A stretch of DNA of 64,000 nucleotides, taken from assembly GCF_009914755.1 (NCBI RefSeq), contig NC_060925.1, one strand, 5' to 3'. The position numbers and the translations under genes were made by a program. Under the pieces are notes generated by a model that saw nothing but the letters and a program-made list of their open reading frames with translations, did no database searches and was not told the origin of the DNA. Shown one piece after another: positions 47,816 to 64,000 of this stretch. Source of the stretch: the human T2T-CHM13v2.0 reference genome, Homo sapiens. Each line of letters begins with the position of its first letter. Position 1 is the stretch's first letter.

Positions 47816-50800
47816 GAATTTCTGAACAACTAAGGGACTGCTATTTTACTAAGACTCTGATGGCAACTGAAATAAAAGTTACAAATGAATCTTTTGTTTT
47901 AAGAATAAAATCAAAGACAGGGAGAAGAATTGGAACATCTAATGTACGCTGTGTATATGTACACATAATTGCTCGACACTAAAGAGAAGAGGACCTTTGT
48001 GGAGCCCCTCATGTTTATACCACAGAACCCATACCTGGTACTTGCTATTTCTCAGCTGCCATGGTTCTTTCTGAGGGCAGCGTCTTGCCAAAGCTTACCA
48101 ACCGTTTCTGAAATAGTATTTACTATTTGAGGAGAGCTCTGAGTTAAGCATTTTCAGTTCAGATGTTGTTTTCCCCTTGAATTTTCAGCAAACCATGTGG
48201 AACCTCTGCTTCCTCAGATTCCTGGTATGGTGCCATATTGTGGTCAAAGAGATGTCCAAGAAGTCCTGTTTGCCTCAGATAGTACCTCACAGAGTGTCAG
48301 TATCTTAGGAGGTCATTACTGGTCCAGACATTCTGTCTTCATTAAGTAATCAAAGGGAAATAACATTCTGGAAATGGAATAAAACCAGCCATACATATAA
48401 AAGAGCAATTATAAATAAGAATGTTAATTTATCAATTTATAACAACTGATAGATCTAGTTTGGGAACTGGAGTTGGTCATTTGTACAGGTATATTCCTGA
48501 TGGGACAGTTCAAATTGATAAATTAGCATTTGTCTATTAAATACAGAACCAGACAGGAGGAATTGGAAATTCTGAAGGACATCATTAAATGTTGCAGTAC
48601 TTCAGTCCCCTTTTCTCTTTTCTACATACTACCCATGGGTATCCTCATCTCATCCCAAGGCTTTAAATACCGTCTGTGTACCAGATAGCACAGCATAGTA
48701 GTAATGAACATGGGCTCTGGGGTCAACCTGCCTGGGTTTTTCTTCTGGTTTTGCTCCCAGTAGCTATGTGGCCTTGAGGAAATTTTCTGTTTCTTTATCT
48801 TTAAAATGAAGACAATAACACAGTGCCAACCTCACAGGGATGTTGGGAGTGTAACTCAGAAAATATTCATAAACTACTTAGATATGCCTGGCATGTAGTA
48901 AGTACCCAATAAATGTTAGTTATATACCAAGTACTCCCAAATCTCTATTTCTTGCCCTGACTTCTCCCCAGAATTCTAGACTTATAAATCTAAGTGCTTA
49001 TTTGACATCTTCACAAAGACATCTAAGAGATATTTCACACTTACTATAGAAATTAGTAGCCTAGGGAGATAAAGATAATGTTTGTCTGTGGGGCAGAGAG
49101 CAATGATTTTACCAGGCTCTTGAGTACGGATCTGTGTCAGTAAGCAATCTGCGCTTACTTTCAGTTTCAAGTGACTGGTGGTGATCCAGGTTCACGTAAA
49201 CAAATTCTGTTTGTGGTCTACCCAAACATCTATATCCTCACTACCAACACCATTTATTTTAGCTGTGGGGACCCCTTAACTAGTGGCCACTGCCTTATTG
49301 CTTGTTGGCTTGTGCCATGGGGCTTACTGTTTCATCATAATAATAGCCCTCCCTCCTTCTGCCCAGAGGAGAAAGAACAAATACCATTTGGACAGCTTGC
49401 TTCAATCCAAACTAATACCCCTCAGCCCCATTAACAGGTAGAACAGTGGGTATCCTCATTCTCCACCTCTCACTCACTACTTGGATGAGAACAGTCACTA
49501 CTGGATCCCCAGGAGTCTCTCAGATCTTCCAAACAGGCCTGCAAAAGGGCCATTGTACTTTCCTCTTCCCGAAAGCCCTATCTCTGTCAGCATCTCGTCC
49601 TCATTGCCAGAACTTCCAACAACTATGAAAAGCCTGAGATTTTATGCCACTTCTAAACTAATAAGTTTGTCTGTTAGTTTCATGGGTACTGACAAAAAAC
49701 ATGAGACTCCTGGGTCAGAGACAAAGGACTTTATTACACTTGGCCCAGCAGGTAGCATGAACTTCATATTTGCATTAGTTCTCCTTGCCTCTAAGTTCCA
49801 CTGGGTGATACGGAGCAGCCAATCTGGATGCTCTGCATACAGTAAGTTTATGTCATGGTTGAGGAACCCTGGGATTAGGAAACCCTAGTATTTTAAAGAG
49901 CGTTTACTTGAGACACAAATATCTTAATACTGTGACCACTTTATGTAGTTCTTTCCCAGACTTCCTTTTTACTGCTTTTCCAATATTGTTTTTCATTTAA
50001 GTGACTGACAAGGTGGTCAACCTGTTAACATGCTGCCCATGATTCAATGTAGATATGTACCTCAGGCAATCTCTCCTTCCAAACAAAGTGTACAACTAGA
50101 TATGCTGCTTCAAGTTCTGCCTGCTGGAGAGATTTTCTTTCATTACTGACTTTGAAGCCTCTACTGAGTGAGGTTCACTGTAGTGGAGAGGCCATTCTCA
50201 TTCATCTGGGGCTGACATAGCATGCAAATCCAGGCCCATGCTCTTTCTTCCTCCATTAACTGTTCATAGGGAATTCCTCATGAGGCCGTCGGTGTAGAGC
50301 AAGGGAGAGGTGGAAGAGTAGCTGGAATTACAAAGTCCCCTGCTTATGCAGCATACTTGTGTATTCTGGACCTGTTCAGACCCATTTTTGTATATTCCAC
50401 TTCTGTTTTATAATGAATTCCTGTTAGGTAATTCAGTTTTATATTTGGTGGTTCAGAAAACACCCAGTTCATGATGGACAGTTTGCGTTGCATGATAATT
50501 TGGTGTCCCGAGGCAGACATTCAATTTCTACCAGCTCTCAGAAGCAAGCTAGGAATTGCTTTTCAAATGGCGAAAGGTTGTCAGCACAAGTGGACATCAG
50601 CTTACTGCAAATCTCCTGGGGGGATATCAAAGACTTCCAAGGAGGAAAAAAATCAATCTAAATTCGATTACAAAGAAATGCAAGAGACTCCAGGCCTCAA
50701 TTTCTTTGCTTTGTATAAAGGTAAAAATGATAGATTTATTACAATTTGAGTTATAAATTTAAATTTACAATTTAGTTACAATTTTAAAAGGCTAAAAGAA

Positions 50801-51409
50801 GCTTTTTTGTACCAAGCTGTAGAAAGTTTTAGTATAATTTGGTAAAACGATAAGAGAACTTAATTTTAATTAAGTTTTACTTACACTCCTAATAAAAAGA
50901 AACCATGTAATAAATTAAATTATTTTGTGAATTTGGGGTTAAATTATGTCTACCTTTTTTTGCTGTTTTTTCCACAGCATGAAATAAAAATGCAAGCATG
51001 GCATATTAATTAATTCAATAATTTGTATTTCTGTTTTAACAAAAAACTAAATTAAATGGAACTATCTAAATTTCAGTTGAATTAAGATAGTTAATTAAGA
51101 TAGTTCTAAGATAGTTAATTAGAACTAATTAACAATTGTCCTATAAGTGAAATAAGTAATTATCGCCTATCCATTATTTAAAAATATGTAAATCTAAACA
51201 TAGATATATGCAACTACATTGAGTTATAATTTAAATAAGTGGTATATCTGTATAACCGGTTCTTTTATAGAAATCTTAGGCAATATTGCAGATTATATAG
51301 ACCTACAGAGCTAATCCATTTATACTGTACGTGTACAGTTTTAAGGTGTTATTGGTTTTCTGACCTTTTCTTTCCTTCCTTTGTTCCTTCCTTCCTTCTC
51401 TTGCTTTTT

Positions 51410-51675
51410 CTTTTTCTTTTTTTTTTTTTTTTTTTTTTTTGACAAGCTCTCACTGTGTTGCCCAGACTGGAGTGCAGTGGCAGGATCATGATTCGCTGCA
51501 GCCTCAACTCCTGGGCTCAAGCAGGAGTCCAGCTAATTTTCTATTTTTCTTTTCTTGCAGAGACAAGGTCTTGCTATATTGCCCAGGCTGGTCTTGAAGA
51601 CCCAGTCTCAAGCGATCCTCCTGTCTCAGCTTCCCAAAGTACTGGGATTACAGGCCTGAGCCACTGTGCCCAACC
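51410..51675 (-). mobile_element. AluJ
   Basis: Diverged Alu consensus. Confidence 0.88.
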
Positions 51676-52230
51676 CCATTTCTTAATAGTGTATTGCACC
51701 TGAATATTGATTTAAATATACTTTTGAAGTTTCTTAATGGACTTTGAATGCAATAGAATATTAAATTAATACTCAATAAATGTATAGTATAATATTGAAT
51801 TAATAAATCTGGCAATTTTTAAAAACTTTAAAATCAAGACATAAGACATATAGTACATAGCCACTGTATAGTGCTCATGTGTTTTTAATCTCTATTTTTT
51901 AATATTTCTTCTGTAATCAATCACATTAAGATAATAAAATCAATACATTATAAACATTTAAAATAAAATACTTGATAATATGCTTTATAAATGAGAATTT
52001 TAAAGATTTAGATAAATACCATCATTTAAAATATTGTTTTGGCTATCAAACAATGTGAATGTCATACTAGGACTAGTAGCTGAAAAGAAGTGAAGATTTG
52101 CCTTTGATTATGAGTCTGTGCCTCTTGTGAGGTGCTAAAGAGTCTGTTTTTTGTTTGTTTCCATGTATTTTGTTCAGTTAGCAGAACATTGCTCTGCCAG
52201 AGTGGGCCCTCTTCTCAAAATTAACATTTA

Positions 52231-52508
<278 letters not shown>

Positions 52509-52859
52509 AAAATTAACATTTAAGTTGACTCTGGTTTTATGCTTTCGGATATTTCATTGATTGTGAAAACAAGGGTTTCTTACTCCTGGAAGAACAAGCA
52601 TTTCTCAAGGTTCTTTTCTTACCCTCTTGTTGTGGTTGTAATAAAATCGTTGTTTTGGTTAATAACTCTGGACTTTTTTACTCACCAGTATCTTTGTTAT
52701 GACCATTATCAATTGACTATATTCCCCTGGTAATTCTATCAAATGTTTCTCTTCTCCAAAATCAGATCTCATATTCAGAATTTTTGGAGACCATTAGAAT
52801 GACTTTGTTTTTGCTTTTTTTTTTCACCCATAGTCTTTGGGGCTCCTTAGGTAGATGCT

Positions 52860-53370
52860 TGGTAGCACCAAGCTTGTGTGGTCTATCATATGGCAATTGT
52901 GAACAAAGAAAGGGCAAAAGGAATTATTAGGCATGGCTGGTTTGCTTCATGAGCCCAGAGTTATTCAATGGTATTGTACAGGTTATCCTCTATCAGGCCT
53001 TAGGGGAAAGGGGGCAGCTCAGCTCCCCTTGTGGGGGGCATTAGTAAATAGTTGGATTGATTTATATAAGCAAAGTGTTGTTCACCTACATATGCTTTAG
53101 TGACTATGTGTATCTTTATAGGATGTTCATCTAGTATGTTCATAAGTAAGGGCTTATTTGATGCTCTGCAAGCGATCTCTAAAAGACACTATTTCTCAGT
53201 TTGCAATATCCTTGTCTATTAATAGTAATCTGGGCACACATTTTATGGAACAGATTATAAAATCTGAAAACCTCAAGATTTATCAATGTTTTCACTGCCT
53301 TTAATTTCTTACAAAATTAAATGAAGGCAATAAAACACTAATGGAACTTAAAACTGGCCAACAGGTATAG
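52860..53370 (+). mobile_element. Degenerate endogenous-retrovirus integrase remnant
   Basis: Hand translation gives YALVTMCIFIG (53091) and KRSLKDTISQFAISLSINSNLGTHFMEQIIK (53170-53262), resembling the retroviral IN core. Confidence 0.55.
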
Positions 53371-53844
53371 CAGTTTATTCATTCAAAGTACAGTGACCAG
53401 ATGTTCTGTCCATAAATATAATGAACATGACTGTTATAACAAATATAAGGCTAGCACTATTCTCAAATGAAATATGAACAAGTAGGTTCATGAGATGTCT
53501 GGTTACTAATGGCCATGCACTGGTGAGACATCCATGTGATGGATAATGTCGTCTTAAATTATTATAAAGCATTAAGGGCAATTCATTCAGAGTTCAAGAA
53601 GCCCTGACTCAATGGATGAGAATCAAGTTTCATTCCAAAAAGACATTGTTTGGACTTTACTGAGAGGGGTCTAATCCCGTTAAGCTATTAGTAAGGCCTC
53701 TGTTTAAGATATATGTCTCTTACAATAAGGAAATATTGCCCTCACCCATTTAAACATCTGCTTGCTATTAATCTCTGTTTTTCCTTAGACATTGGGACTA
53801 ACAACAAATTCACCTTTTCTTTGTTTCTTTCTTTTTAAATTAAT

Positions 53845-55510
<1,666 letters not shown>

Positions 55511-55804
55511 TATGGTAATTTTTATTTATTAAAGTAGGTGCTGACTACACAGGTGTTTATTATTATCCTTTTCTTAACTGATTTGAAATTTTAAAAAACG
55601 TGATTCTGTGTAGTGCTGCTAACTTTGCTAGGAGATTTGAAAGTTATACTATTCAAATGTTCAAGCTAATTGAATATTTGAATAGCACTTAAATTTCCAA
55701 AGCATTTTTTGTTATTTAATTTAATCAACAATGCACATAATTTTTGATTATTGGTTGTAAAGAAATCTGCTGACTTGCTTGATAAAATAACAAGTTTGCC
55801 AATA

Positions 55805-56138
55805 CAGATATTCCTCAACTTATAATGGGATTATGTCCCAATAAATCCATCATAAATTGAAAATATCTCAAGTCAAAAATGCACTGAACATTATAGTTTA
55901 GCCTAGCTAAAAGTGCTGAGAACACTTACATTAGCCTACAAATGGGCAAACTCATCTAACACAAAGCCTATTTTATAAAAAAGTGTTGATATCTCATGTA
56001 ATTTGTTGACTACTGTACTGAAAGTGAAAACCAGAATGGTTATATGGATATTTAAAGTGCAGTTTCTACTGAATGTGTATTGCCTTTGCACCCTCAAAAA
56101 GTTAAAAAATATTAAGTTGTTAAGTCTGGCACTGTCTG
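55805..56138 (+). mobile_element. MER47A-type TcMar-Tigger element
   Basis: TA-flanked cagat...tctg ends; internal cttacattagcctaca...aacacaaagcctatttta. Confidence 0.8.
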
Positions 56139-57254
56139 TATAGTGAGACTTCACATGACCTATGTAGCGTGGCTCCAGGTAACAATTCTCCAACTTGTAT
56201 CTTGGTTCCCCATTTGCCTTGTCCATGGGCATCTTCATTCTGGCCCAACAGCAGACTCATCATTACTTTCCACTTACTTTTCCATAGCATGGTTAAGACC
56301 TTCCCTTCAGGAAAAACTTTACTCTTACCCAAAGGGATGAAATTTTTCCTTGGAACCTCAATAGGCCTACTACATAAGAATTCAGTTTTACAAGCTCCAC
56401 ATAGGAGCAACACATCACAGACAGGAGGGCAGGAGGGGTTGTTGTTTTATCATTGTGGTCCCTCAACCACTGTAAGGTAATAAGTAGGCCAAAATAATAG
56501 GGTAGATGGCTATAGAGTCCCTGAAATAAACTGATGAAGAAAAGTGGTCATTAAGATTTGCCAGGTTTCCCATCACTTGCAACATGCCACTCCAAGCTCA
56601 GCAACTGGATATGTGTCAAGTGACTAATGGGATGATATCTCAATTTTAACTTCACTATCACTATCCCAGTCTGGAATAAGGTTTTGCTAGACAAGTAAGA
56701 ACCTTCTTCATATGTTGCTATGTCTGTAGCTGAACCATAATCTTCACTCAATTTTAAACACTGGAGTTGGTGTTTGTGAGTAACAACGGAACTGGGCTAA
56801 GGTGAGTTTTGGCCAGTGAACTGAGCAGCTAGGGCCTTTTTCATGCAAGGTCTAGGATAGAGAATAATGCATACAGTATGTCCATACTGACCACTTTTGC
56901 AGGTGGTCTGTATAAGGTAATTCAACAGCAGCAGAACCATTGACAATTTCTTACCTTTGGGCTACACTTTCTGGAGTTCATTAGCATCACTACCTGATAT
57001 AAATTAATAATTTCTAAATTATCTAAATAATTATCTATGACTAAACTAGTCACTGTAAATAGAGTCACTTCATGTCACTTCATGATTTAATATACTACAT
57101 TGTATTTTAATGAACTGTATTCATTCATTCATATATATATATAAAATATACCTATGTAAACATCATCTTTAGAAGGGCATCCTCTGGGTAAAAGACAATG
57201 TAAATGAAGTGAGGGAAGAACAATGTGGTGTATTGTATTCAGTCTTAGTGTTTT

Positions 57255-57601
57255 TTGTTTTTTTAGAGATAGGGTCTTGCTCTGTCACTCAGACTGGGGT
57301 GTAGTGGCGTGGTACTGCAACCTTGAACTCCTAGGCTCAAGCGACACTCCCATCTCAACCTCCTGAGTAGCTGGGACTATAGGCGTGCACCATTTTACCC
57401 AGCTAATTTAAAAAGTTTTTTGGGGGCTAGGCACGGTGGCTCATGCCTGGAGAATAGCTTGAACTCAGGAGGCAGAGGCTGCAGTGAGCTGAGAATGTGC
57501 CACTGCGCTCCAGCCTGGGTGACGGAGCGAGACTCCATCTCAAAAAAAAAAAAATTTTTTTTTCTTTTGCAGAGATGGGGTCTCATTATGTTGCCCAGGC
57601 T
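57255..57601. mobile_element. Minus-strand AluJ interrupted by a deleted plus-strand Alu (57424-57553)
   Basis: Opposite-orientation Alu segments are nested. Confidence 0.8.
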
Positions 57602-59366
57602 GTCAGTCTCAGTATTTCTTTTCATTTTGATGTTTTATTAGTGTTTGGTTTCTTTTGAGTTTCTAGAATTGCATTGGGACTTACTGGGGGTTGTCAAGGT
57701 TTGTTTTTACACCAGTAAAGGATGAACCCAACAAGGTAATGGCCCAGAGATTAGATCCAGGCATCTGTGACATTATGGGCTGAGGGGATCTTAGGAAATT
57801 TTTGGAAGGGTGTAACTGAGTACTTTGCATTGAATTTTGGGAAGTCTGTTGCATTCTCTTAATTCACCCAACAGTACCAGCCAAACTATAATACAAAACT
57901 TGAGGTTCTTACCTGAAATATGAATGAGAGAACTATGCTATGCTTACATTTCTACATAACTTGCCTTCTTTCCACATGCCTATTTTTCGTTTTGTTTGGT
58001 TTTTAAACTAAACTGGTTGAAACTGAATCAGCACGGATTTTAAGCTTTCTTCTGGTCTCAGGTTTAAACTGAGTTTCCAGTCTTTGGTGCCTATTGCTAA
58101 TGGGATGGTGGTGGGGTGTTTACGAGGGTGGGGCGGGGACCGTTGGCACAATCCATCCTGTTTCCACAGCAGATACCTCCCATTTCCTGTTTATTTTTTT
58201 AACGTTCTATATAGAAATAGTTTGTACAACTTCGAATAAAAAAAAAGAGTTTCAGGGTGGAAAAAACCAAGCCATCTGCAAGCCCTACTGAGGCAGAAAT
58301 CCACCCTAGTCTGGGCAGCCTGTGGCTTTGTCTGAAAAGGGACCTTACACATTCAGAGCTTCTGTTCCTGGTATCCTCAAAGCCTTGGCTGACCTTGACT
58401 CCCTGGCACAACTGGCTCCCCTGGAAAGGTGGCTTGGGATTTGTGAGTTCAAGACTCTCAGTTTTGCACTAGGAGACTGGGGTTAGGAAGAGCATGCAGT
58501 TTAAATCTCTGTTCTGTTCACTAGACTTCATGAAAGCAGTGGTGGTTCTATCTTAACTCCTTTTGGCTGCTTTGCCTCCAATGTCTCCATGCTGATAATG
58601 TTGCTCTTGTGATGAATGATAACGGACTGATATGGACGTGTAAGAGAATAAGAATAGTGACAGTCATAGTGCTTGCATGGAATCTTCTGTTTTTTTCAAA
58701 GCATATTCACATAATTCTTCATTTGCACCTTTCTGAAACCATCTGAAGAAATGTGACAGAAGAGAATGGGACCCAGTAACAAAACTAACATTGATAAATT
58801 ATTTATGAAGTGCCAGGCATTAAGCTAAGCTATATACAGTATTGACAACACTTTATTTATGTACATACATATTTACATACATTTCATAATAACTGTGTAA
58901 TATAGGTACTGTTATCTACCTCTACTTTACACAAGATGAAATCGCTGACAAAAAATTGATTAATTGGGCCAAGGAGACATAGCTTATAAGTGTTGGGCTG
59001 GGATTCAAACGTGGTCTGCCATCTGCAGAGTCCAGTGTTTAACCACTAACAAGTGGAATCTAGGGTAAAGGGCACCTGTGTGGTATTATAACTCAGGTTA
59101 GAATCCAATTCGTTACCTTAGAACCTGGGTTTCCTGACTTTTATCCAGTGATTGTTTCTTGCTTTTTTCATTCTTTTATTGTGAAATATGTCATACACAG
59201 ACTATATTGGATGAACACACACATTCAGTTTTTGTTGAACCATGCATGTGAAATTGTCAATATTTGCTCAGATTTGGCACGTAACAATAGCAACTTCATG
59301 ATTTAATATACCATATTGTATTTTAATGAACTATATTAATTCATTCATATGCATATATATATATAT

Positions 59367-59753
<387 letters not shown>

Positions 59754-60059
59754 TAGTTTAAAGTTAAGCAAACCCTAATATAAGCAGCACACAGTTTAAA
59801 GAGTAGAGCATTGCCCTCTATGTGCCCCTCCTCCTCCTCCTTGCCCTCTGTAGATAATACTATGCTGACTTTTGTGATAATCATTTCTTTTCTTTGTAGT
59901 TTAACAACTGTGTTGGCATCCTTACAGAATATAGTTAGTTTTGCTTGTTTATGTCTTTATATAAATGGGTTATACTGCAAGTGTTCTTTTTCAAGTTGCT
60001 TTTTTCATTCAATATTAGGTTTATGAGATTTTCCAGACTGATGCATGCATTTATAGTTT

Positions 60060-60886
60060 TAATTAATTAATTGATTTTTATTTCAATAGCTTTGGGGGTA
60101 CCAGTGCTTTTTAGTTACATGGATGAATTGTAGAGTGGTGAAGTCTGGGCTTTCAGTGTATCCATCACCCAAATTAGTGTACATTGTACCCAATAGATAA
60201 TTTTTCATCCCTTATTCTCATCCCAACTTCCCCCTTTGTGAGTCTCCAATGTCCATTACACCACTCTCTTAGATTTCCAATCCATGAGCATGAGATGTTT
60301 GTTTGTGTCATCTATGATTTCTTTCAGCAGTGTTTTGTGGTTCTCCTTGTTGGTTAAGTATATTCCTAGGTATTTTTTTTTGCTAGCTATTGTAAATAGG
60401 ATTGAGCTCCTGATATGATTCTCAGCTTGGTTGTGTTGGTGTATAGCAGTGTTATTGACTTGTATACATTAATTTTTGTAACCTTAAGATTTGATGAATT
60501 CATTTATCAGATCTAGAGATATTTTAAACAACTAAACTAGATCTACACTTGGATCCAGCAATTCCGCTACTGGGTGTCTACCCAGTAGGAAGGAAAATAA
60601 GTCATATTAATAAAGACACTTACACATGTATGTTTATTGCAACACAATTCATGATTGCAAAGATAAGGAATCAACCCAAGTGCCCATCAACCAATGAGTG
60701 GATAAAGAAAATGGTGTATATACATGCCACGGAATACTACTCAGCCATAAAAAAGAATGAAGTAATGTATTTTGAAAAAACTTGGATGGAATTGGAGGCC
60801 ACTATCCTAAGCGAGGTAACTCAGGAACAGAAAACCAAATACTGCATGTTCTCACTTTTAAGTGGGAGCTAAGCTGTGGGTATGCA
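60060..60886. mobile_element. Rearranged (inverted) L1PB-like insertion
   Basis: Minus-strand 3'UTR, minus-strand ORF2 piece, then plus-strand ORF2 end (DPAIPLLGVYP...QPKCPS); TSD atgcatttatag. Confidence 0.8.
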
Positions 60887-60894
60887 TTTATAGG

Positions 60895-61205
60895 GTTTTT
60901 TTTGTTTGTTTTTTTGTTTTTGTTTTTTTTTTTGAGATGGAGTCTTGCTTTATTGCCAGGCTGGAGTGCAGTGGCACTATCTCGGCTCACTGCAACCTCT
61001 GCCTTCAAATGATTCTCCTGCCTCAGCCTCCCAAGTAGCTGGGACTACAGGCACATGCCACCACGCCCAGCTAATTTTCGTATTTTTAGTAGACACGAGG
61101 TTTCACCATATTGGCCAGGATGGTCTTGATCTCTTGACCTCGTGATCCGCCTACCTTGGCCTCCTAAAGTGCTAGGATTACAGGTGTGAACGACTGCGCC
61201 TGGCC
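60895..61205 (-). mobile_element. AluSc-like
   Basis: Alu consensus. Confidence 0.92.
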
Positions 61206-61672
61206 TATAGTTTTTATTGTTGTTGTATGATATTCCGTTCTGTGAATAAATCACAGTGTACTTATTCATTCTACTGTTGAAGAGCATTTTGGTTGTTTCT
61301 GGGTTTTAGCTAATTAGCACAACACTCCCGTGAACATTCCTACATGTGTCTCCCGGTGCAGATGGCAGAAATCCCTCCAAGTCTAGTGTACATATTTATG
61401 GGTAGATTTACTGAGTGGAAGACAAAGCTAAACCATTTACACTAAATGACTCTGCACCCAGCAGGTACCAAGTTTCCATTGCTCCACATCCTCTCTTACA
61501 CTTGGCGTTATTAATTTTAATGTGTTTGTCATCTAGGGGTGTGTAGTGATCCTTCGCTGTGATTTTAATGTACATTTCCTGGATTATTAAAGAGGGTGAA
61601 CAATTTTACGTATCTTCAGTGATCATTTGGATTTCCTCTTTGCCCTTTGGGAAATGCTGTTCATGTGTCTCC

Positions 61673-61673
<1 letters not shown>

Positions 61674-61720
<47 letters not shown>
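61674..61720. repeat. (CT)n(GT)n microsatellite
   Basis: Directly visible. Confidence 0.95.
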
Positions 61721-61721
<1 letters not shown>

Positions 61722-63496
61722 CACAGGAATTCATTACATGTTTCTGGATATTAGTCCTTTGTCAGTTACATATACTGTAAATATCTGCTCCCAGTTGTGG
61801 CTTGGTTTTTACTTTCTTTATGGTTTCTTTAAGTAAAAGGATTTTTAAAAATTTAATGTATGTGTATGATTAGTGCTTTTTATGTCTTGTTTAAGAAATC
61901 CTTTTTTATGCCAAGATCATGAAGATATTCTCCTATATTGCCTTTTAAAATCTTTGTATTTTTGTCTCTTACATTGAGGTCTTTCATACTCTTAGAATTG
62001 AGTTTTGTGTATGGCGTCAGGTAGTGGGAGGAGGTCTAGTTGTTCCAGTGTGATTTATTTTTAAAAATCCATTGTTTTCCTACTGATACGCATTGCTATC
62101 TTTGTTATGTATCAGTTTTCCGTGGCTTTTTCCAGTGGGGTAATCACTGTCCCCTGTTCACTTTTGAGAACAATTGATGATTAACTTTATGTACTTGTTC
62201 TCTCCTCCGTTTATTTTTTCTATGTGGTTATTTTACAGATGTAGTATCATGAAAACACTACAGTGTAATCAGTATTATCTCTTAACTTCCTTGATTTAAC
62301 TCTAGTCAGACTACCCATTCATGCCTTGTAAGTCCCCTTGGATGCTGTGTCCCCATCGGTGGCCTCGTCCCAAGTCATGCAAATCAGAGCTGCGTGTTTG
62401 GTAACTGTTATGAATAGTTGACTCTCAGGCTTTGATACCTGGGGAGAAGAAGGAGAAAATTCAAGTCACTAAGCAAATAATTTGGGCAGTGAACTAAAGG
62501 AGTAGTACCTGCAGAAGTTGCATACTAAGCTGGAAGCAAGAGGTTCTCCATCCTTTCTTTAGCTATTTTTTGTGTGATCCTGTTCTCAGTTTTCTTATTT
62601 GTTGGGCTACATGAGCTACACTATCTCTTTCACTTCTAAAATTCAAATGAGACTCTGTCACCATCTTTCTGTGTGACTATATGTATCTAAATATCTTTTT
62701 GGTTTTCCTTTCCATAGCTCCAGTTTCTCTTACAGAGACTATTTAGAGTGAGTACTAAGTAAATATTTGATTTCTTCCTGCTTTGGGTAGAACAGCGCTG
62801 ATGTATCTAAGGAGGAAATGGAAAAGAGGACTCTTAGTTGATGAGAGTTGATGAGAAGTTTATGAGAAAGGGCGAAGAGCCACCCAGTCTGCCCCTGGGG
62901 TCACTTTGAAGCTTAAAACAATACGTCTTCTTTGAACCTGTTTCCTCCACTAGCAAATGAGGATATCAATAGCTACCTCACTTTATAAACTTGTTGGGAA
63001 GATCACATCAGATATTATACCTGTAAATAATAAAGTATCTTTTAAATGGAAACAACTGTATAGGCATTCACTAGGCATCCACTCTGCCACATCTTATTTG
63101 CATAGCTTCTTAAGGTTTCAAAGACCTTTCACACACATCTCACTTGACTCTTACAACCTACCTACTAAGGAGGCAAAAATGACAAGGAATAGTTGTGTTT
63201 GTCCAGGGGCACACAATCAGAATTTTAGAACAGATATTACCAGCTGTCTCGTTTACCTTTCCTAATCCTCATTGTACAAATTAAAAAGCTCAGGTTCAGA
63301 GAAGTTAGAAGACTTGGCCAGGATCACACACAAGTACACTATCAGGGAACATGCCTTCTTGCATCTACTCCAGTATTCCTCCCATGATACCATGTTGTCT
63401 CTAAAGAAGTTCTGGACTGTGAAATGCTTGAGGACTGGGATCATAAATCCAGCCTTGGTAATTTTGTTTCCAGATTGTAATTTTCCAGGCACCTAG

Positions 63497-63828
<332 letters not shown>

Positions 63829-64000
63829 TGTCCTTGCATTTCTTGGTGGTTTACAGGATTATGACTTCTCCTTCTGTCTTTTCACTCACCCAATGTAATA
63901 CACAAGGATCAATCATGCAAGTTATTATCAACTTAGTAAAAAGTGAGTAAATTTGCTGAATAAGATATGTTTTTTTGAGACAGCATCTCACTCTATCGCC

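Noticed and set aside
56150-57050. Unassigned sequence that might be ERV env or a processed pseudogene
   Set aside because: No recognisable motif in any frame; needs a database search.

Overview
Primate (human-like) genomic DNA containing the complete core planar-cell-polarity gene VANGL2 on the + strand. It has a CpG-island promoter, a non-coding exon 1 (~11640-11945) and seven coding exons (26914-36455) that splice GT-AG into a 1566-nt, 521-aa ORF ending in the PDZ-binding motif ETSV. The 3'UTR is ~3.3 kb with AATAAA at 39727. The flanks are repeat-rich: the 5' end of an L1PA with a residual ORF0, a U4 snRNA pseudogene, many Alus, MaLR/ERV1 LTRs, Tigger/hAT elements and an ancient retroviral integrase remnant. 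The most interesting signals concern translation. An in-frame near-cognate AUA start in strong Kozak context would add 48 aa to VANGL2, and a 3-codon strong-Kozak uORF lies upstream of it. Other candidates are an in-frame L1-ORF0/VANGL2 splice fusion, paired RFX X-boxes in intron 1 and an 18-bp perfect palindrome in the 3'UTR. Repeat families and boundaries were called by eye and are approximate.
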